A stretch of 64,000 nucleotides of DNA from Octopus sinensis (GCF_006345805.1 NC_042997.1:118296001-118360000); one strand, 5' to 3'; positions 13,330-26,800 are shown, numbered from the stretch's first letter. Program-made: numbers and translations. The notes: a model not told the origin generated them from the letters alone.

Positions 13330-14042
13330 TTGGGAGCGACTGACCTTCCCTTGTTCAAAGGTTATATGGATACATTTTGTGTATCCAATAGCTAACTTAA
13401 GGCGATGGCCTCATGGAGCTAATAAGCGGGACAGCTTTCTTCTTATTTTTATAAGAATGCCATATTAGTATGGCGATAACTAATATTTTCCGGGAACGCT
13501 GCCGTTGTTCTCTTTTAGAGAGACTTAGTAATTTTAATATTTCTCTCTCTCTCTCGTCCCTCTCCTCTCTCCCTCTCTCTCTCTCCTCTCTATATATATT
13601 TATATATATTATATATCTATATATATATATACCACCCAGCGAACATCCATCATGGGTCATCACAATTGCTTAAGGTAAAAATGAATTCCTCGCTCTTTCG
13701 GAAACATCAATCATCTGTATTGACCGCTTTCCACCCTTTGATCTGTTTTTTGTATTGAATACGTATCGCCAACCGTGGGCCACTGCATCGAACACTTTGA
13801 ACATATACTTCAAACTATATATCAACTATACATGAACTATATATCACTATACATGAACTCTAAGATGTCTGACTCCGTTGTGTATTATAAATGAATTTCT
13901 TGTGTTTGACGGCATGAGCTGTCTTTTTTTATATATAACTTTTTTTGATAAGATTCATTTCAGGAACTGAAACATGTTATAATGTTATATAAAAATTAAA
14001 AATTGTATAATACAGCAGCATTTTCGAACTTCATTTTTTTAC

Positions 14043-14080
<38 letters not shown>

Positions 14081-14175
14081 GATATATATATATATATATA
14101 TATATATATCTATATATATATATATATATATATCTATATATATATATCATATTATATGGTTTATATATCCATACT

Positions 14176-14208
<33 letters not shown>

Positions 14209-14314
14209 ATTATTATAATTATTAGGGAATATTACTTCCAAGCACACAGGAAAGAGACACTGAAATTAGATGTACTAAAATGAACGTCTCTCAATGTTTA
14301 ATTCGTATGTATAA

Positions 14315-14605
14315 AAGTAGTTTTAGAGACAAAACCACCTTCAACTCAATCAAGACTGAAAGGTTTTATACCCGACCACTCCATAAAATGTTAAAAGATA
14401 AATCTTATACTAACTATATCTATTCTTATACTAACTATATCTGAATCCTGTGTTTTCCGTTTGTAAGTTTTATAAACGGAAAATACAAGATTCAGAATAA
14501 ATATAGTTAGTATAAGATTTAATATTTAACATTTTATGGAGTGGTCGGGTATAAAAACTTTCAGTGTTGATTGAGTTGAAGGTTGTTCTGTCACTAAAAT
14601 TACTT
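14315..14605. repeat. Foldback (long inverted repeat), centre near 14467
   Basis: CCTTCAACTCAATCAA..TATACCCGACCACTCCATAAAATGTTAAA is mirrored by TTTAACATTTTATGGAGTGGTCGGGTATA..TTGATTGAGTTGAAGG. Confidence 0.9.
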
Positions 14606-14618
14606 ATATATATATATA

Positions 14619-14663
<45 letters not shown>

Positions 14664-14686
14664 ATATATATATATATAGATATATA

Positions 14687-14741
<55 letters not shown>

Positions 14742-14753
14742 GTATAAAAGATT

Positions 14754-14994
14754 GTGGGTAAGGTCAAAACAATGCGAATAAATGCAAGGTAAATCACAAA
14801 AAAACCCCCCAAATATGTGAATTAATGTAGACTTACTTTGTATTCAATATTTCGGGGTTATGACCCAATTTTTAAGATATTGACGAATGTTGCCGATGTC
14901 ATAACCCCGAAATATTGAATTCAAGGTAAGTCTACATGTTTGTTTTCTTGTGATTTACCTTTCATTTACTTCGCATTGCTTTGGCCTTACCCAC
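14754..14994. repeat. Foldback / MITE-like inverted repeat
   Basis: GTGGGTAAGG...TTCAATATTTCGGGGTTATGAC is mirrored by GTCATAACCCCGAAATATTGAA...CCTTACCCAC, with a spacer of about 33 nt. Confidence 0.9.
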
Positions 14995-15048
14995 GATATT
15001 TCATGCAATATATTCTGCTCAATGCTTCATAATAATTATTCCATTGTA

Positions 15049-15094
<46 letters not shown>

Positions 15095-15173
15095 TATATA
15101 TATATATATATACGAGTGAGTAGACAAACGAAAGAGGGGCAATCAACAAATTTACTGGGCGTTAAAATGTATA

Positions 15174-15335
15174 GACCAAAACAGTTTGATTAAAACTCGT
15201 TGGTACTTTTGAGTTTCAAGCGTGATGCTAATCCAGTCATTTTGCATTTGAAATTTCAAATTCAAAATAGCTGAAGACTAGCATCACGCATGAAACCCAA
15301 GTGTACTAACCAATGTGAATCAAACTGTTTTGGTC
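15174..15335. repeat. Foldback with a hammerhead-like core in each arm
   Basis: GACCAAAACAGTTTGATT / AATCAAACTGTTTTGGTC termini; centre TTGAAATTTCAA; right arm TAG-CTGAAGA-..-GAAAC-..-GTA-CTA. Confidence 0.75.
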
Positions 15336-15530
15336 CATAAATATATTCATATATATATAGAGTTGTAAGAATCAAGCATCTAAGTGTAGGAAGATTGTAA
15401 GCTTCGAACAGACCGTTGTAAATATGAGAAACAACGTCCAGTAACAATAATAATTTATTGGCATCGAATGTTGTAGGTTTTTCTGAAATCAATATTCATT
15501 CCTAAGGTATATTTCAATGTTTTTATTATT

Positions 15531-15613
15531 GCATATGGCGTAGTGGTTAAGAGCACGGGCTACTAATCCCAAGATTCCGAGTTCAATTCCAGATAGTGAC
15601 TTAAATAATAATG

Positions 15614-15648
<35 letters not shown>

Positions 15649-15781
15649 ATCGAAATATACCTTAGGAATGAGAACTCAGGTTCAAAATTTCCCGAAGACA
15701 CCTGATAAAGCCGAAACGTTGTGTTAACAATAAGCACAATGAGGACAAATATCCGTCAAATGTAAATAATGTAAATAATAA
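15531..15781 (+). mobile_element. tRNA-headed SINE-like element with an internal (AAT)n and a hammerhead-like 3' part
   Basis: TGGCGTAGTGG A box, GAGTTCAATTC B box, (AAT)n at 15603-45, ACAC-CTGATAA-AGCC-GAAACGT-T-GTGT, and a (TGTAAATAA)2 tail. Confidence 0.65.
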
Positions 15782-17142
15782 TCATTCACTTCTTGCTGAT
15801 TGTGTTTGATTTTGTTGCTTAGATAAATCTGACGGGCACATTGGGGGGAGTCAAATGAAAGAGGTTGGTCGAAGAGGAAGATGGCTTTCCGTGTGCGCTA
15901 CCCAATGTTTGATTATAACGTTTCCTTTAGTTTTCTTTTTACTTAATATCTCTCTTCGTATTTTCGAAAATTTGTGTGGGTGTGTTTTCACTGCCAGCAC
16001 CATTGTCATTAGTATCTCTTGCCGCCACCACCGAAAAAAAACATATTAAAACGCAAATAAACAATGCATAATGGATATTTACGAAAATGTATGCACATGA
16101 TAAAAATATTCTTGCATCATACAGATTTTTTCCATCTCAGGCAATGAGGTTAAGGTTTAAATAAACTGAAATCTTGTGTTAGTGAAACGACAACAACATC
16201 AACAACAACAACAAAACCATCAGCAGCAGCTGCAACCATTTTACATCAAGAAATTTTGGAATAAATCACCCTAGAAGAGGGCGGTGAAACAAGGCCGTTC
16301 CCCTCATATTAGAATACTAAATATTAATTATATTCGTTGAATCACACATTTATATTCTTATTTTAACACATTACTCCATTCTTTGTAAATTGCTTCGGAA
16401 ATGCGTTTTAATGTAGAGAGGAAATGACATACATATGTGACACCTCTATATTGTATGAGAAATAATGCTTAAATATTAAGAGAAAATAAACATATAGCAA
16501 GTGATATCTGATATCTGATGATCTTTGCTGAGTACAAAATGTTAATTTTACAGCTTTCTTTTTTTAAAGGAAGTACACGGCAGAATCGTGAAATGGGTTT
16601 CTGTCTATAGAATATAGCAAGAAATTCTGCTAATGCACAAGATGGCATGCGTTTTAACTGTTGGAAACAAAGCTATTATATTCTTCAATAAAGGCGGTTA
16701 CTTGGTACGAAAGATGAACAGAAATTTTAAAATGCTTTCATGATTTTGACAGTAATTTTATTTCCCAATGTGCGTATATTCAACCACAATAACAGTTTAC
16801 AATGTCATTCACATTACTTATCTGACAGCCATAAAATATGTGGTGGACTCTCCTGTCGTAAACGACATCTGAGGGTTCCACGACCTTCACAGTTGATTCG
16901 TTTATATTGATCAAATATTTGTTCTGTACTTTAGCTCACTCTCTCCATCAAATGGACATTGTCGGCACAGGTGCATCATATGCCACACCTGATATGCCGA
17001 AGTGATCGCAGAATAACATAAAGTGAAGCTTTTTGCACAACGCACGTCTCCGTCCTTGAAGCGAAACCATGATCTTAGGATTGAGTGCGTAACACACTGA
17101 CAATTGGACCAGTCACCTCCACACAATACAATATGTACACGT

Positions 17143-17376
17143 TAGGCGGCGAGCTGGCAGAAACGTTAGCACGCCGGGCGAAATGCATAGCCGTATTTCG
17201 TCTGCCATTACGTTCTGAGTTCAAATTCTGCCGTGGTCGACTTTGCCTTTCATCCTTTCGGGGTCGATAAATTAAGTACCAGTTACGCACTGGGGTCAAT
17301 GTAATCGACTTAATCCGTTTGTCTGTCTTTGTTTGTCCCCTCTATGTTTAGCCCCTTGAGGGTAGTAAAGAAACAT
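17143..17376 (+). mobile_element. SINE family D with a 17-bp perfect TSD
   Basis: ATACAATATGTACACGT at 17126-42 and 17377-93. Confidence 0.95.
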
Positions 17377-17944
17377 ATACAATATGTACACGTAATATGT
17401 TGCTTAGATTAGTGTTGGAAATGCATATACGAGAGGAAGTTTCCAAAATATTTTGCAGACGCCCACTTATTATGGGAGGTATGTAACTGATGCAGGTGAT
17501 ATTAAATTAATAAGTCTGCAGCAGGTATAGCGACGTAGTTAAGATCTGGCGTCGCAGTCTCATGATTCAATGTTCGGTGTCACTGTATGGCACACTAAAC
17601 ATGAGTATTTTCTTAGGATTAGATTGAGCAAAGCTGCCTGAGTGAAACTTATTAAACAGAAACATACGTACATACATATATAAACACATGTATGTGCGTT
17701 TGTGTGTATGCAATTATTCAGTTTATTTCAAGATTTCTTGCCAAAAGAGAAAGAACCGGTTTCTAACCTAGATCCAAAGCTCTTTCATTGGAATTTCAAC
17801 ATCAACAGGATTTTGTTGTATGCATGTATGTATGTATGTATGTATGTATGTATGTAGTATGTATGTATGTATGTGCAGATTTGTATGCTTTATGTATGTA
17901 TTCTCATGCATATAGTGCATGTGTAGACATGCTCATATATATCT

Positions 17945-19440
17945 AAATGATAAACTTCTGGAAATTTTACAGATTTTACAGTTCCAGTGATGGATTGGAT
18001 TTTTAGTCTTCAAATTAGCTTTCTCCTTTCTGGTTTTGAGAAACCTAATTTCTCAAGATTGGTATTTAGGCAGTGTGTTACATATCCCAATAATTACAGG
18101 CATAAACCTGAACTCATATAATCTGGATAGAGTAACTGCAGATTTCTCAATAGTTCAGCATAGCTGTTCTCTTTTTCACTAATCTTCAGTGTTAAGTTAA
18201 CATCCTCTGGGCAGCTAATTTCCACAACTGTACACAGTTTCTCTTCTTTTTCCCAAATTATTACATCAGGTATGTTGTACTTAAATTTTATTGAGGTCTT
18301 CACTTCTACATTCCACCAGTATTCCATTTTATAAGGAGTGGCTATAACATCTACTATATTGTGAGATCTTATTTCTTTGTCTTCGGGATTATCCTCCTGG
18401 CAGGTTTCATTATAGAGTGTCCTAACTACAACGTCATGTCTCATCGGTTGATAATACCGCGTTGACATTTTCGGACAACTGCTTATGATGTGGGTGACAT
18501 CTTCAGTGTGAACTCCACGAAGTCTGCATCGGTTGTCACATTTTACAGCTTTTCTGGCATCTTTGTCCCCTTCGTGCACCAGGTATTTGATTGATATTTC
18601 CTGTTCCTGGATTGCAAACACATATCATTCAAAGTGGGAGGTAGTTGGTCCATGATAAACTGCTTTGATGATTGATGTTACTATCATCTCGGAGCTTTCT
18701 CATTCTCTACTCCGCCGGTTACGACGATGAGGGTCCCAGCTGATACGATCAACGGAACAGCTTGCTCGTGAAATTAACGTGCAAATGGCTGAGCATTCCA
18801 CAGACACGTGTACCCTTAACATAGTTCTCGGGGAAAATCAGCGTGACACAGAGAGTGACAAGGCTGACCCTTTGAAATACAAGTACAACTCATTTTTGCC
18901 AGCTGAGTGGACTGGAGCAACGTGAAATAAAGTGTCTTGCTCAAGGACACAACGCGTCGCCGGGAATCGAACTCACAACCTTACGATCATGAGCCGAATG
19001 CCCTAACCACTAAGCCACGCGCCCTCACCTCGGAGCTTTCTACCAACATATACATGCATAGTCTTCTGCTCATACAGGCTCATCCTTTCATTTGATGATA
19101 CGTTGCGGTAGAGTCGTGCGACCTCTTTGGGCATGTATTCTAGGTTATCAGACAAAGATTGTTGTTCAAGGAGCTGCCTTCCAAGTCTTATGATGTTATC
19201 AACCACATGTGTATAAACTTGGCCAAGGGATGCACTTCGGCACTTGATGGTGTTAAAAGATATCGATGGGATATGATGCAACATTCAAAGGCATTTTGGA
19301 TCGATGTTAAGCCTCTGCCACCTTGTTTTTGGTTTAGGTAGGGGCGGTCTGCGTCACTGTTTATGTGGAAATTATGTGTGCTTAATATTTTTCGGGTTTT
19401 CACATCAATGACTCGGATCTCATGAAACGTCCAATCAAGA
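17945..19440 (-). mobile_element. 5'-truncated R4/Dong-like non-LTR retrotransposon (RT C-terminus, zinc knuckle, restriction-like endonuclease), interrupted by a SINE
   Basis: KTRKIL...H.NSDADRPY...GGRGL (19188-19403); decayed CCHC knuckle CRLRGVHTEDVTHIISSC, then RHD and PDVII..E..CTVVEISCP (18094-18621); (TATG)n on both sides. Confidence 0.85.
18701..19028 (-). mobile_element. SINE (family A head, longer alternative tail) nested in the R4/Dong-like element
   Basis: 13-bp TSD CTCGGAGCTTTCT at 18688-18700 and 19029-19041. Confidence 0.92.
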
Positions 19441-19789
19441 AGCCCTATGTATGTATGTATGTATGTATGTATGTATGTATGTATGTATGTATGTATGTAT
19501 GTATGTATGTATGTATGTATGTATGTGTATGTATGTGTGTGTGTATTGAAAGAGTGGATCTAAAAACACATAAAGGGACAAATAATAGTATGTAAATATG
19601 GGTTTGAAAACCCTTTTTGGATTCAAAATGTCATAGGCTGTCCATTAGATCCGAACCTCTGTACCCTGTAGACTTGACGGGCGTTCTATAACTTGGCATC
19701 AACGATATATACACATATACATTCATATGTATGCACTGATGTTCTGCTGGATAATATGGCATTAAAACAAAGCACTGTTACTAGCACAA

Positions 19790-20175
19790 GCTTGTATGTA
19801 TACATACATACATGCATACATACACACATACATACACACATACATACACACATACTTACACAAATACATATATACATACACACATACATATATAGACACA
19901 TACACACACAAATACATACATACACAAATACATACATACAAACATACATGCATACACGCATACACACATACATACAAACATACATGCATGCATACTCACA
20001 TACATACACAAATTCATACATACATACACACATACATACACACATATATACAAACATACATACATATACACGGATACATGCATACACATACATACATACA
20101 TACATACATACATACATACATACATACATACATACATACATACATACATACGTACATACATACATACATACAATA
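19790..20175. repeat. (CATA)n compound microsatellite
   Basis: Directly visible. Confidence 0.95.
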
Positions 20176-20423
20176 TGTATGTCTGTATGTACTTTCAATA
20201 TCTTAGTGGACAGAAATGTATTAATGAAGCGAAACAGTTTCTGTATTCTTCTGGAATTACATCAGAGACTGAACAAAATCATTGACTATCAAAATCTCGA
20301 GCATCTCGCTTATCTCATAGTGCAGCGTTGTAGGTGACTATTTCGTTTCCGTGTAGGAAAGTATCCTATGTACAGACAAGATTTCAGTCTGTCTTTACAT
20401 ACAAATGATAAATAAAAATCTGT

Positions 20424-20610
20424 CGACTGTGGCCATGCTGGAGCACCGCCTTTAGTCGAGCAAATCGACCCCAGTACTTATTCTTTTAAGCCGAGTACTT
20501 ATTCTAGCGGTCTCTTTTGCTGAACCGTTAAGTTACGAGGACGTAAACACACCAGCATCGGTTGTCAAGCGATGTAGGGGAGACAAACACAGACACACAA
20601 ACATATACAC

Positions 20611-20647
<37 letters not shown>

Positions 20648-20857
20648 ATATATATATATATATATAATATATATATATATATACATATATACAACGGGCT
20701 TCTTTCAGTTTCCGTCTACCAAATCCACTCACGAGGCTTTGGTCGGCACGAGGCTATAGTAGAAGACACTTTGCCCAAGGTGCCACACAGTGGGACTGAA
20801 CCCGCAACCATGTGGTTGGTTAGCAAGCTACTTACCACACAGCCATTCCTACGCCTA
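20424..20857 (-). mobile_element. SINE family C
   Basis: Same body with an internal (TA)n. Confidence 0.92.
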
Positions 20858-21994
20858 ATAATACTGAAAAAAGGCATTATTAAACCACCTGCAATTTTTT
20901 AATTAATTGAATTAACGAGCATTAGTCAAAGTAGTTTTTTTCCAAAATTCCAAGCTTTTCCAAAGGTGTCAAAGAATGAAAACTGCATATCAACACATCT
21001 ATTACAGAATTTTAGGAGGAAAAAAGGACATTTATAATATGGTTCTGTGTTCACCGTTCCTAATAAATAATATGGAATGGCTTATTTCTTTAAGGACCTC
21101 CAAGTACGAAGCCCTATCCCTTCTCCCCACTCACCAATCAGACTTGTAGACCTTCCTTTTTTTCCCCTTCGCACTTTGCATTATACATGGTCTCATGTAT
21201 GAACCTATAACAAAATCACAATGGCCGTCCATCGCACCACCATCACCATATTAAAAGAACAACTAAAGGGAGATAAAAAATAATATCTTTTCTACTGAGA
21301 TTAAAACAATAGCGTAAGTAATATGAGTGAGATTTGGCAGCTATATTTAACAGATCAAAAACTGCTAAGAAGCTGCATCATTGGTAAATAAATACAATAA
21401 TTTTTGTCAGGTGTTGTATTAATTCTTTCAGTATCTTTACTGGGATTTTAGTGGGATTGGATGTTTATTACTCTCACGAAACTGGATGAGTAACGAGGTA
21501 ATATATCATTGAGACGAATCTTTAATCTTGATTTAATTCTTAGTTCGATTCGTTGCACTTCTATTGCTCATACACTAATACATGTTAATTCCATTTATGC
21601 TACTGTAAATTCGTTTGTCTTCAAAATTTTAATTTCTTTCCTCAGTGATATATAATTTTAAAGAAATAAGATATACTAAAGATACAATATTATAAGAAAA
21701 TTAAGTTCTTCTTGGCGCCAAAACCCTGAAATTTATTTACTCTTCATGAAGAGATATTTTTTCCGAATGGAAACAAGAAAAAAACATATATGTAGATAAA
21801 TTGTTTACCCAGACATAGGAAACTTTTGTTCGAATCTATCTAAACATAGTAAGTATTTCATGGATATCATTTCCTATACGTCTTAATATATTTATGGTTG
21901 TTTTGTTGAAGTTTCATTTGAAAATAAAATACACACACACATACACGCGGGCTCGAGCGTACACATGAATACATTTACATCATTATTATTAGTA

Positions 21995-22424
21995 AGGCGG
22001 TGAGTTGGCAGAATTGTTACCACGGTGGGCAAAATCCTTAGCGGCATTTCGTGTCTTAGTCCTGAGTTCAAATTCCGCCAAGATTGACTTTGACATTCAT
22101 CCTTTCGCGGGCGAAAAAATAAGTACCAGTTGAACACTAGGGTCGATGTGATCGTCTTATTCCCTCACCCAAACCTGCTAGCCTTTTGCCAAAATTTGAA
22201 ACAATTATTAGTTAGGCGGTGAGCTGACAGAACCGTTGGCACGCCGGATAAAATGCTTAGAGTAATCTCGCCAATTTTTACGCTCTGAGTTCAAATTCTA
22301 CCGAACACAATTTTGCCTTTCATCCCTGTGCGGTGGATAAAATAGAACCAGTTGAGCACTGGGGTCGATGCGATCGACCCACCCCTCACGCTGGTTGTGT
22401 GCCTTTAGTAGAAAGGATTATTAT
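21995..22424 (+). mobile_element. Two adjacent degenerate SINE family D copies
   Basis: AGGCGGTGAG heads at 21995 and 22214, each followed by the core. Confidence 0.8.
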
Positions 22425-22515
22425 TAATATTATTGTAAAGAGGGCAACAGTGTCGTAGATCTTGTTGGGAATCGATGGGAAACGTTTTGTGGTATTTAGT
22501 TTTATCCTTTTTTTA

Positions 22516-22907
22516 TACTCTTTTACTTGTTTCAGTCATTTGTCTGCGGCCATGCTGGAGCACCGCCTTTAGTCGAGCAAATCCACCCCAGGACTTATTC
22601 TTTGTAAGCCTAGTACTTATTCTATCGGTCTCTTTTACCGAACCGCTAAGTTACGGGGACGTAAACACACCAGCATCGGTTGTCAAGCGATGTTGGGGGG
22701 GGGACAGACACACACATACACATATACACATATACATATATACGACGGGCTTCTTTCATTTTCCGTCTACCAACTCCACCCACAAGGCTTTGGTCGGCCC
22801 GAGGCTATAGTAGAAGACACTTGCGCAAGGTACCACGTAGTGGGACCGAACCCGGAACTATGTGGTTGGTAAGCAAGCTACTTACCACACAGCCACTTCT
22901 GCGCCTA
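22516..22907 (-). mobile_element. SINE family C
   Basis: Same head, body and tail. Confidence 0.92.
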
Positions 22908-24713
22908 TACGTTCAAGTTTTATCACAGTTGACTTTGATAGTCCTTCTTTGAGGGTCAGTGAAATAATTCAGTCAAATCCTTATGCCGAGTGAATCTATT
23001 GACACTTGTTTCTTTTCCCACACCGTTTGTGGCCTTGTTCTGATGTTAGTTATTACAATTATATTAATTATTATGGAAACTATCAGCATTACTTCATTTG
23101 AAAGCACTTGTGTATTGCAATAATGAAAAAATAATCTCTCAGTAGCAGAAAGTGATTATTTGGATGACAAGTGGCTGCTGAGATGGTCACAAAATTTAAC
23201 GAGAGCGTTAATGCATATTTATTCATCGAACCTTGTTTCGTATCATTTACTCTGAAATTGCTATTTAGACTTGAAGCACCAAATAATTGACAGCTTTCTA
23301 ATTAAATCAAATGAGAAAAAATTAAAATACGGTGGATTAGAAAGTCTAATTTTCTTAACAAAATACTTTTTTTCTACTGATACACAATTGGTACCCAGCA
23401 CAGTATATTTGCAGTTGGTAAACATGTGTAATTGAACGCTAACGTGTTTAGGCCATCTATCAACCTGTCAATTGGAGCCAATCTAAATATTCGAACGACT
23501 AACAGTAATTTCCTTTATATTGATTAGAATAAATCATTTACAGCTCCTAAAACAAACAAAATACATCTTCAAATGTTCCATTTTAAAACTACATGTTGCA
23601 TTATTCTTGCAGTCTATGTGTAAAACTTTGTTTTCCATTTATATTCAATAGAAATAGAAAGCATCCATTAATATTCATTTCCATTGTGAATTTAGTCAAT
23701 ACAGAGTTGAAGTTAATCGAAGTGAACGTAAGATTTATATATGTGTTGTTCTGAAACTGGCAGATGCGGGTTCACTTGGCAATTTTCAGAAGTCGTAAAT
23801 TGCTAATGGCTTTCGAAAAATGTCGTCGGAATTAATGAAAACGAGATATTTATAAGGTCGAGAATGTCGTAAAGTTTGGAATGAATAACAAGACTTGGTG
23901 CATTGCTGTTGACTAGAAGACTTATTGGCTGCACTGTGACTGGATTCAAAGTGGTTCTACCTTTAACTTGTAAATTGTGTTATAGAAAAATTCTTTAATT
24001 TGATATCCAACATAGCGATGCAGTTATACCAGTGGCAGCACCGTGTTACTCTCTACTGAATATTCAACATCTATGGTTACAAGCTCTTTTAAGAAATGAT
24101 ACACAGCTTTTGCAGATTATATATTTTATAAGTAAACTGATTCATTTCGAGTGGGTATTTGATAATTGTTGGCTATGAAAGAGCAAAAATATTTATTGTT
24201 GATTCGAAGACTTGCTGACTACATACTCATTGGGACTGGCTTCTCAACGCAAATAGTAAACGGTTACTATTCCACTAATATTACTGATATTCAAATATTA
24301 TAAAATGTATATAACTAAATTATTCTCATACGTATGTCTAGATAAACATAGGTTCTATATCGTTGTGTATATACATCTTCCTTAAAATACATAGGGTTAT
24401 AACGTGAAACAGAACTATAAAGAAAAAAAAGGATTTAGCATCGACTGGTTATTGACGTCTTGAGACCAGTGTCTATTTTCATTCGTTCTTCAGAAAGAGG
24501 AATGAGCTTAAGGATACGTTCAATAAATACTGAGTAATAGGCACTTATATGCCTCCTTTGCATATCGTCTTATAGGCTCTGCCTCCAAGTTATTTTGCAT
24601 CTCAAACTAATTTGCTGGTGGAGCGTATAAGACGAAATATTTAAAGTAATATGAAGTACTATGAAACTCTTCTCCAACGCACATCAACCTCTGTATAGAG
24701 CGTGCAGAAGGAA

Positions 24714-24864
24714 TTGCAATATCTCTTTCTTTATTGCTCTTAGGGGGCTAAGCAGAGGGGACAAACAAGGACAGACAAAGAGATTAAGTCGATTACATCG
24801 ACCCCACTGCGTAACTGGTACTTATTTAATCGACCCCGAATGGATGAGATGTAAAGTCGACCTT
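24714..24864 (-). mobile_element. SINE family D 3' part, truncated at the foldback element
   Basis: GTAACTGGTACTTATTTAATCGACCCCGAA core on the minus strand. Confidence 0.85.
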
Positions 24865-25170
24865 GAATCTCATCTTATCAAATATTCGTAGACATTTATA
24901 GAAATTACAAGTGAAAACAGTTCATCTTCTGTTTGGGGACCTTTATTAAATATTAGTAAAAATTTATAAAAAATCGAAGTAAAAACAGTTTATCTTCTGT
25001 CTGGGGGTCAGAACAATCTTTTTGAGCCCCCAAACAAAAGGTAAACTATTTTCACTTCAAATTTCTATAAATTTTTACTGATATTTGATAAAGACCCCCC
25101 AGACAGAAGACGACCTGTTTTCCCTTCAAATTTTTATAGATTTATACTAATATTTGATAAGATGAGATTC
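24865..25170. mobile_element. Foldback MITE-like element with 22-bp perfect TIRs and internal subrepeats
   Basis: GAATCTCATCTTATCAAATATT (24865-86) and its exact reverse complement (25149-70); two subrepeats of about 68 bp per arm. Confidence 0.8.
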
Positions 25171-25274
25171 CTCATCATAACCAGTAATATTTTATATTTT
25201 CTTTATATAATTTAAAAATCATTTTATTAAATTCTTTCTAAATTGAAATGCTTTAGATCTATTTCCACCTTTAT

Positions 25275-25325
<51 letters not shown>

Positions 25326-26364
25326 TATGAATATATAGTACATACATTTTATATAAATTTACGCCGGAGTTTTCACCACATCAGATCGAGTATCTTTGAC
25401 TCTTTGTTTTTAGAAATTTCACCAGTATTGAACACATCGATGTCCATTACTAAACATTTCTAGAGAAAAGTTTAAAATTAAGTATAGATGAAAAGATAGG
25501 CCCATGAGAGCACATTGGTTTTCCTTATTGTAAATATAAATGAATAATGTAATGGACGTTGAATACGTGCCGCACAGTAGCAAAGTTGAAGAGTAAAAAT
25601 GGAAAAAAAAATTGAAATTTGTTAGGAAAAATAACCATGCGTATGTATGTATATATGTATGCAAGTATGTATGTGAGTAAGTATGAATGCATCTGTGAGC
25701 GTGTACGCGTTTGTACTCGCGTCTATCATTCATAGTCGTTTAGAGTTATTTTCAATAAAATATTATATTATAGGTCATTCATTTACAGCTTTATACGTTA
25801 CTATTGCAAAAATTTTATTAGCTTTCATGTTCCTTTTAGTATTTGTCGATAACTTTCACAGTCTCACGCCTCTCTCTCTTTATCCTCACACGTATATGTT
25901 TCTGTTTATTTTTGTCAGATATTTTAGATGTTATGTTTTATTGGGATATTTACAGTTGGATATTTTTGGCGCTTCATCATTGACAGGATTAAGGCCATTA
26001 TCTGAACAAAAACTATGAGTTTGTGTCAACGTTTTCCTTTTATCCATTTATTGAACTGCTTTCACACAAACTTCCATCAATATTTTAACACACAAAATAA
26101 CTATTAACACATCCACTTAAAAAATATATTATGTTTTGTCTTCTGATTCTTGTATATAAGGAAAAAATATAACAGAAAATAAGAGCTGAACAAAAAATAA
26201 AAGGAAAAGGTCCTTGCTACAAATGAAAATGATGGGAGGTTAGTGGAATCACGTACAAACTTTGAAGTTGTAGAAAGAAACAAGCGATTTTAATGTTTCC
26301 CGGTGAAAATATAAAATGGCGTTGGTTGAAGTTAATATTTTATATCGGTTTCTGTGGAAAACGT

Positions 26365-26584
26365 TAGAGAAAAAGATAGACAAAGATGAGAGAGGAATAG
26401 AGAGATAGAGATGGAGAGACAGAGAGAGAGACCGAAAGATGAAGGATGAGAAAAACAGAAAGAGGGAGGAGAAATAGACAGATAACGAAAGAAAGAAAGA
26501 GAGAAAGGCAGTGAGAAAGAGACAAAGGGAGATAGAGACGGAGACAAAGAGACAAAGTAAGAGAGAGAAAGAGTGAGAGAGTGG

Positions 26585-26629
<45 letters not shown>

Positions 26630-26800
26630 AGGGGTGAGAGAGAGGACGGGCGAGAGAGAGGGAGAGAGAGTCAGATAGACAAACAAACGGAGAGAGACAG
26701 AGAAACAGACAGAGAGAGAGTGAGAGAGAAAGAGAGAGAGAGAGAGAGAGATAGCAAGAGAAAAAGAATGAGATAGCGAGAGAAAGAAAGAGAGACAGGC
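26365..26800. repeat. (GA)n/(GACA)n purine-rich low-complexity tract
   Basis: Directly visible. Confidence 0.9.

Noticed and set aside
23000-24700. Repeat-poor unique stretch considered as coding exons
   Set aside because: The frames I translated (about 23750-24080, both strands) closed quickly, the ORF track shows nothing of 60 aa or more until 24661, and no protein motif was recognisable.
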